Shown here one piece after another: positions 59,434-64,000 of a stretch of DNA of 64,000 nt; the stretch's first letter is position 1; each line of letters starts with the position of its first letter. The position numbers and the translations under genes were made by a program. The notes under the pieces were generated by a model. The model saw only the letters and a program-made list of their open reading frames with translations, made no database searches and had not been told where the DNA came from. The DNA is from Oikopleura dioica (Eukaryota > Animalia > Chordata): NCBI GenBank assembly GCA_907165135.1, contig OU015568.1, forward strand, positions 4,960,001 to 5,024,000, given 5' to 3'.

Positions 59434-60329
59434 CAGGAGAAATGGTTATTGGAGTGCTTAGGCCAGCGATGAAGATCTGTGGACGGGTTGGTTCGGCACC
59501 GGGGACAGCTAGAATTCATTACTCAAGTTGAATGAAGAAGTTAAAGAACCTGAGTAAGGAGGTGGGGGCGGCAACTTGGAGTTATCAAATGGCTCTTCTG
59601 TCTGTGTCTTGCTCGTTTCGGAGCCATCAGCTGGAGTGTCTTCTGCTTTCTTTGGCCCCGGGTATGGTGGTGGAGCTTCGTCGGACATTTTCTCGCCTCT
59701 GTGTTTTCTTCTTTTATGCTTTGTGTTCGATTAGGTCTGAAAAGAAGCCGGTCGTAAAGAGACAAATGCTTATTGATGTCTGAACTGGGGCAACTGGTCA
59801 TAAAGAATGAGGCACAAATGAAGGCGGGTTTTAAGGAAAAAGAATTTCCTATTATATTTATTCATGCTTGTGAAGTTTAATTATTCGTTTAGCAGATAAA
59901 AAACATTGTAAGAAAAGTATATGATCTCTTGTGTTGACGTTGTAGAATTTTCGATTTTTGTTTTATTGCGAGCTTTCGGAGGGAATGCCCTCCTTCATCA
60001 GGCTAGTACAGTTGTTAAGAGAAGCTACAGTAAAATAGGACTCACCGTGACTTGCGAAACTCGCGAGTGATCGGTAAGTGAGGAATTTATGAGAGCGGAG
60101 AGAAAGTCTAGAAAAGAAATGGAAATAGAAGTCTAGAAAAGAGTTTAATTGCGTATCTGGGGAATTTGATCTAAGGCTCCAGATACGCAATTAAACTCTT
60201 TTCTAGACTTCTATTTCCATTTCTTTTCTAGACTTTCTCTCCGCTCTCATAAATTCCTCACTTACCGATCACTCGCGAGTTTCGCAAGTCACGGTGAGTC
60301 CTATTTTACTGTAGCTTCTCTTAACAACT

Positions 60330-60375
60330 GTACTAGCCTGATGAAGGAGGGCATTCCCTCCGAAAGCTCGCAATA
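60330..60375 (+). ncRNA. Minimal hammerhead ribozyme-like motif in the pseudo-LTR (second copy 63085-63130; inverted copy ~59964-60009)
   Basis: CTGATGA-A-GGAGGG-CATT-CCCTCC-GAA-AGCT-C: core, 6-bp stem II, palindromic stem III; stem I is weak. Confidence 0.6.
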
Positions 60376-60422
60376 AAACAAAAATCGAAAATTCTACAAC
60401 GTCAACACAAGAGATATTATAA

Positions 60423-62887
60423 ATGGATAATCGACGTAAAACTCACACCAGAGAAGCTACTAAAATTGGAAAAAAATTACATCGTAACCGCCAACACCTC
60501 ATTTTTCTACAAAAATGCCACGATGCTAAAACTCCACCACCATATACGTATGTATCAACTGACTTTCTGAACCACTCGCATTGGTCACCTGATCAATTGC
60601 GTAACCATCGCCTACAACGTACCCTACACGACATAAAAGCCACCGAAGACAAAATTAACTCCCTAGTCACACTCTACGACCTCGAAATGTCTAAACTAAA
60701 ACAAATTCTACCGCACCCCGAATTTACGAAGACAAAGCAAATCATCTGTTCAACTATTATTAACCGTCAAGCTAAATCCGATTTCCACCGTAACCGTAAA
60801 CTACAATCTATTTTACCGCCTTCCTCCCCTCAAAAATGTTCTATCAAAATTCACAATCTTACTGATACCGTGATTCCACCTGACCTCCTTTCCATCTTAG
60901 AATTTGGGTGTGAACTCCCAGTTGGAGGCACACCGAACCCGTACAAAATTTTAACATCTATGGAGAAATTGATACAAAACTGGACCAAATATGCCCGTGA
61001 AATTAAGATAGACCCTATGACTATTGACGAAGTTTTAAGTTTCCTAAAAATAAACTTCCACTCCTTACGTAAGTGCTACGAACCCGCTAAAAAACAAAAA
61101 TCACTCATCACCTTCCTCAATAATCACCCTGACCTACGATTCGTCCGAGTTGATAAATGCAAGGATATTGCGCTAATCTCCTTAGATGAATATAATCGTA
61201 AACTAAATGCCCAATTTAACACACCCCAATTCTTTAAACTCAACCGCGACCCCTAAACCAAGACATCCAACTTTTCTACAAAACCATCCGTAAACTAGAA
61301 CCCTATCTAGGCAAGGACACATTCAATTCCATTCGACCTAATTACGCGATTAAATCGAGCTATGGAATATTGAAGCGCCACAAAACAGGGCACCCGATGA
61401 GACCAATAGTGTCTAGTAAAAACTCAATCACCAGCGGCATCGAAAGATACTTTTCAAAAATTTTGACCAAATTCCTGCCAGAACTTAAATACAGTATTAA
61501 ATCTACCCAAAATTTCAAGAAGAATTTTCTTCGAGCAAGAGACACATTCGATACAAAAAAACACTGGCTAGTCTCATTTGATGTACAGAGTATGTACACA
61601 AACGTTAATTTACAACGCATAATTCCTAGAATAGTAGATCGCATTTATTCCGACCCTCAAAGATTTTTCGATACTGAAATCAACGATGGGGAAGAACTCC
61701 AAATTATTCCGCGAAATATTTTTGAGGACGTTTTTACTAAAACACTGACCTATTTTACGGCATTCAGTACTCAGGACTCATATTATCGCCAACGCCGAGG
61801 GGTAGCAATGGGTGCACAAGCATCTGGTATTTTAGCGAATATCATGATGCACTACCTTGAAAGCGACATTATAGACCATGAACTAGCAAGTGGTACCATC
61901 AAATTTTACAATAGATATGTCGATGACATTGCGTGCGTACTTGAAAAAAACGAGCTCCCCCGAATCAACCACCTACTCAACAATTGGGACAAAGACCTGA
62001 ATTTCACCATAGAACACGCTCAAAATAATAGTCTATCCTTTTTAGATACTACCATTTACCTTGACCCGAAAACCCACAAATATGAACTTAAATTCTACCA
62101 GAAACCTACATCTAGTGACACCCTTAATAATTTTAATGAATCAGTTAGCCCGATCTCCCAAAAGCTTGGACTTCTTTCAGGCGAAATATTTCGAGTAAAT
62201 AACACCTGTTCCACTCCTGCTAACCTTAATAACGCTCTATCTAAACTTACTGACAAATTCGTTAAAAATAACTACCCCGTAAAACTTGTCAAATCTAAAA
62301 TCAAATCTATTAAAGATTCTAACTTCACTCCTCTCGAGAAAGACCCCAATATTACCCACCGCTTCTACTTAACCCTAGATTTCACTTCACACCGAGTCAA
62401 TAAAATAGGTAAAAAGATTGTTAATTTCATCCGTAAAATCACGCCAGCATATAAAGTATGTCTTGCTTTCAAAACTTTGCGCCTAGGACAAATTATCACA
62501 TCTCGTCTAAAAAGAAAGCTCGATATCAACAAAAAATCCGGGATTTGCTATCAATTCGACTGTAAATGTCAGCTCACTTACATCGGTGAGACCATGCGTA
62601 CCTTTCACCTTCGTAAGCGAGACCACACATTTCCAACTAGTCAAACTGCAATTAAACAACACCTTCGAAATTGCCCTGACTTTCAAAACGCATACCAAGA
62701 CCATGTGAACTCTCCAGAAGTTACTTCCTTTATCTCACCTGGCGATTTCGCCAAATCTTTTTTCTCCATTCTACAAACAAACCTTCCAAATTATAATGAC
62801 CGCAAACTTACCGAATCATTTCTCATAAAGTTAAACCGACCTCAACTTAACGAGCAAGGTGACTTCCGTTTCGTCCACTTTATTTGA
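60423..62887 (+). pseudogene. PLE reverse transcriptase / GIY-YIG endonuclease ORF with a single -1 frameshift near 61250
   Basis: KRHKTGHPMRPIVS, SFDVQSMYTNV, GVAMGA, YNRYVDD, GICYQFDC..TYIGET. The ORF1 end CCC-TA-AAC-CAA continues in the ORF2 frame. Confidence 0.88.
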
Positions 62888-64000
62888 TCTAAGGCATTGT
62901 TAATTGCGTATCTGGAGCCTTAGATCAAATTCCCCAGATACGCAATTAAACTCTTTTCTAGACTTCTATTTCCATTTCTTTTCTAGACTTTCTCTCCGCT
63001 CTCATAAATTCCTCACTTACCGATCACTCGCGAGTTTCGCAAGTCACGGTGAGTCCTATTTTACTGTAGCTTCTCTTAACAACTGTACTAGCCTGATGAA
63101 GGAGGGCATTCCCTCCGAAAGCTCGCAATAAAACAAAAATCGAAAAAGTATATGACTTCAATGAAGATGAATATGCTTTCATTTGATCAAGGAGATTTTA
63201 TAGAATAATAATAATCAGTTCATTTAACAGAAAAGGAAACCAATAACATGCAATTCCAGCATTTGCAAAAGTTGCTTATGTTTTGTTCACTTTATAAAAT
63301 AAAGTTGTACCCACTACTGTATTATTTTCAATAAATTTTTATAGTCAGAGATAAATGGCTTTTTCAAACCGATATTGTGACTATCCTTATTTTCAGTTGT
63401 AGTTCTGTCATTCATTTCATATTCTTCTCAAATAATCTCTACAACAAACGCGGTGCGCAAATTGATTCATCTTTCCCAGATTCTGGCATTTTCTCTGTAT
63501 CTCCGCAAAGTGGTTCGATTTCGCCGCGCTCCTCCGGCCTCTGAGAAAAAGGAGAGTCCTCCACTGCGATGGAAGACCTTGTGAAAAGAAGAAGAAAGAG
63601 ACTTTTCTATTTTGAAATAATTTTATGTAATTTATTAAATAATAGAGCAAGATTTCGATACAAAAATATATAAGAAGATGAAAAGAAGAAAAGTAATGAA
63701 AATTATTGGGCTGGTTCTTCGGGCTCTTCTTCAGGTTCGGCTGGGTTCTCCTCGTTGTCTTCAGGTTCGTCTTCGATTCCTTCCTGTTTTCGGACGATTG
63801 CTTCTGCTGTCTCTGCCCGGATCTTCAGGTCTACAATTGGGTAGGGATGAGAAGGAAATAAGGAGGTTTACCTGCGACTTGCGCTTGGAGAGCATCAAGT
63901 TCTGCTCGCAGCTCGTGAGTTTCTTTCAGCGAAACCTGGTCTCCGTGGATGTATTGCGCCAAAAACGCTTTTGCATCATTTGGCTGAGATTTTGATTGAA

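Larger units (their letters stand above)
59925..63143 (+). mobile_element. Penelope-like retroelement with inverted + direct 5' pseudo-LTR and 3' pseudo-LTR
   Basis: RT and GIY-YIG ORF; repeat 60179-60392 = 62934-63147; inverted copy 59924-60160; 12-bp TSD AAAAGTATATGA (59913-59924 / 63144-63155). Confidence 0.93.

Noticed and set aside
59963-63131. Three identical 75-aa ORFs (59963..60190, 62904..63131 and part of 60179-60400)
   Set aside because: By-product of the pseudo-LTR repeats; not independent genes.
63417-63995. ORFs at the right edge
   Set aside because: Probably part of a truncated K/E/P-rich host gene on the minus strand; no motif supports a call.

Overview
Eukaryotic genomic DNA with very compact genes, 38-50 nt GT-AG introns and short intergenic gaps; by inference a larvacean tunicate (Oikopleura-like). 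Bases 1 to ~25,920 are the right-hand portion (left end outside the window) of an unusually large Polinton/Maverick-type endogenous DNA virus. It encodes a protein-primed PolB in two separate ORFs, a Polinton-type major capsid protein, an rve integrase, an A32/FtsK-type packaging ATPase and about 10 kb of orphan accessory genes, including predicted membrane glycoproteins. Several of its core genes are interrupted by short host-style spliceosomal introns whose removal restores conserved motifs. It also contains a non-coding GC-rich hairpin cluster at ~3.0-3.4 kb. The rest of the window is host DNA: a Kelch protein, an MFS transporter, a tandem duplication of GT31/GT7 glycosyltransferase genes (one copy hit by nested hAT and Mutator MITEs), a two-domain serine protease, a Derlin-like gene, selenoprotein SPS2 (in-frame UGA plus SECIS candidate), GRAMD1-like, REXO2, thioredoxin-like, SDR and dispanin genes, a Tc1-type MITE, and a near-intact Penelope-like retroelement with a 237-bp-arm palindrome and hammerhead-like motifs. 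Three related ~100-120 nt G-U-rich hairpins lie antisense just upstream of host genes. All homology calls come from motif recognition by eye; no searches were run.
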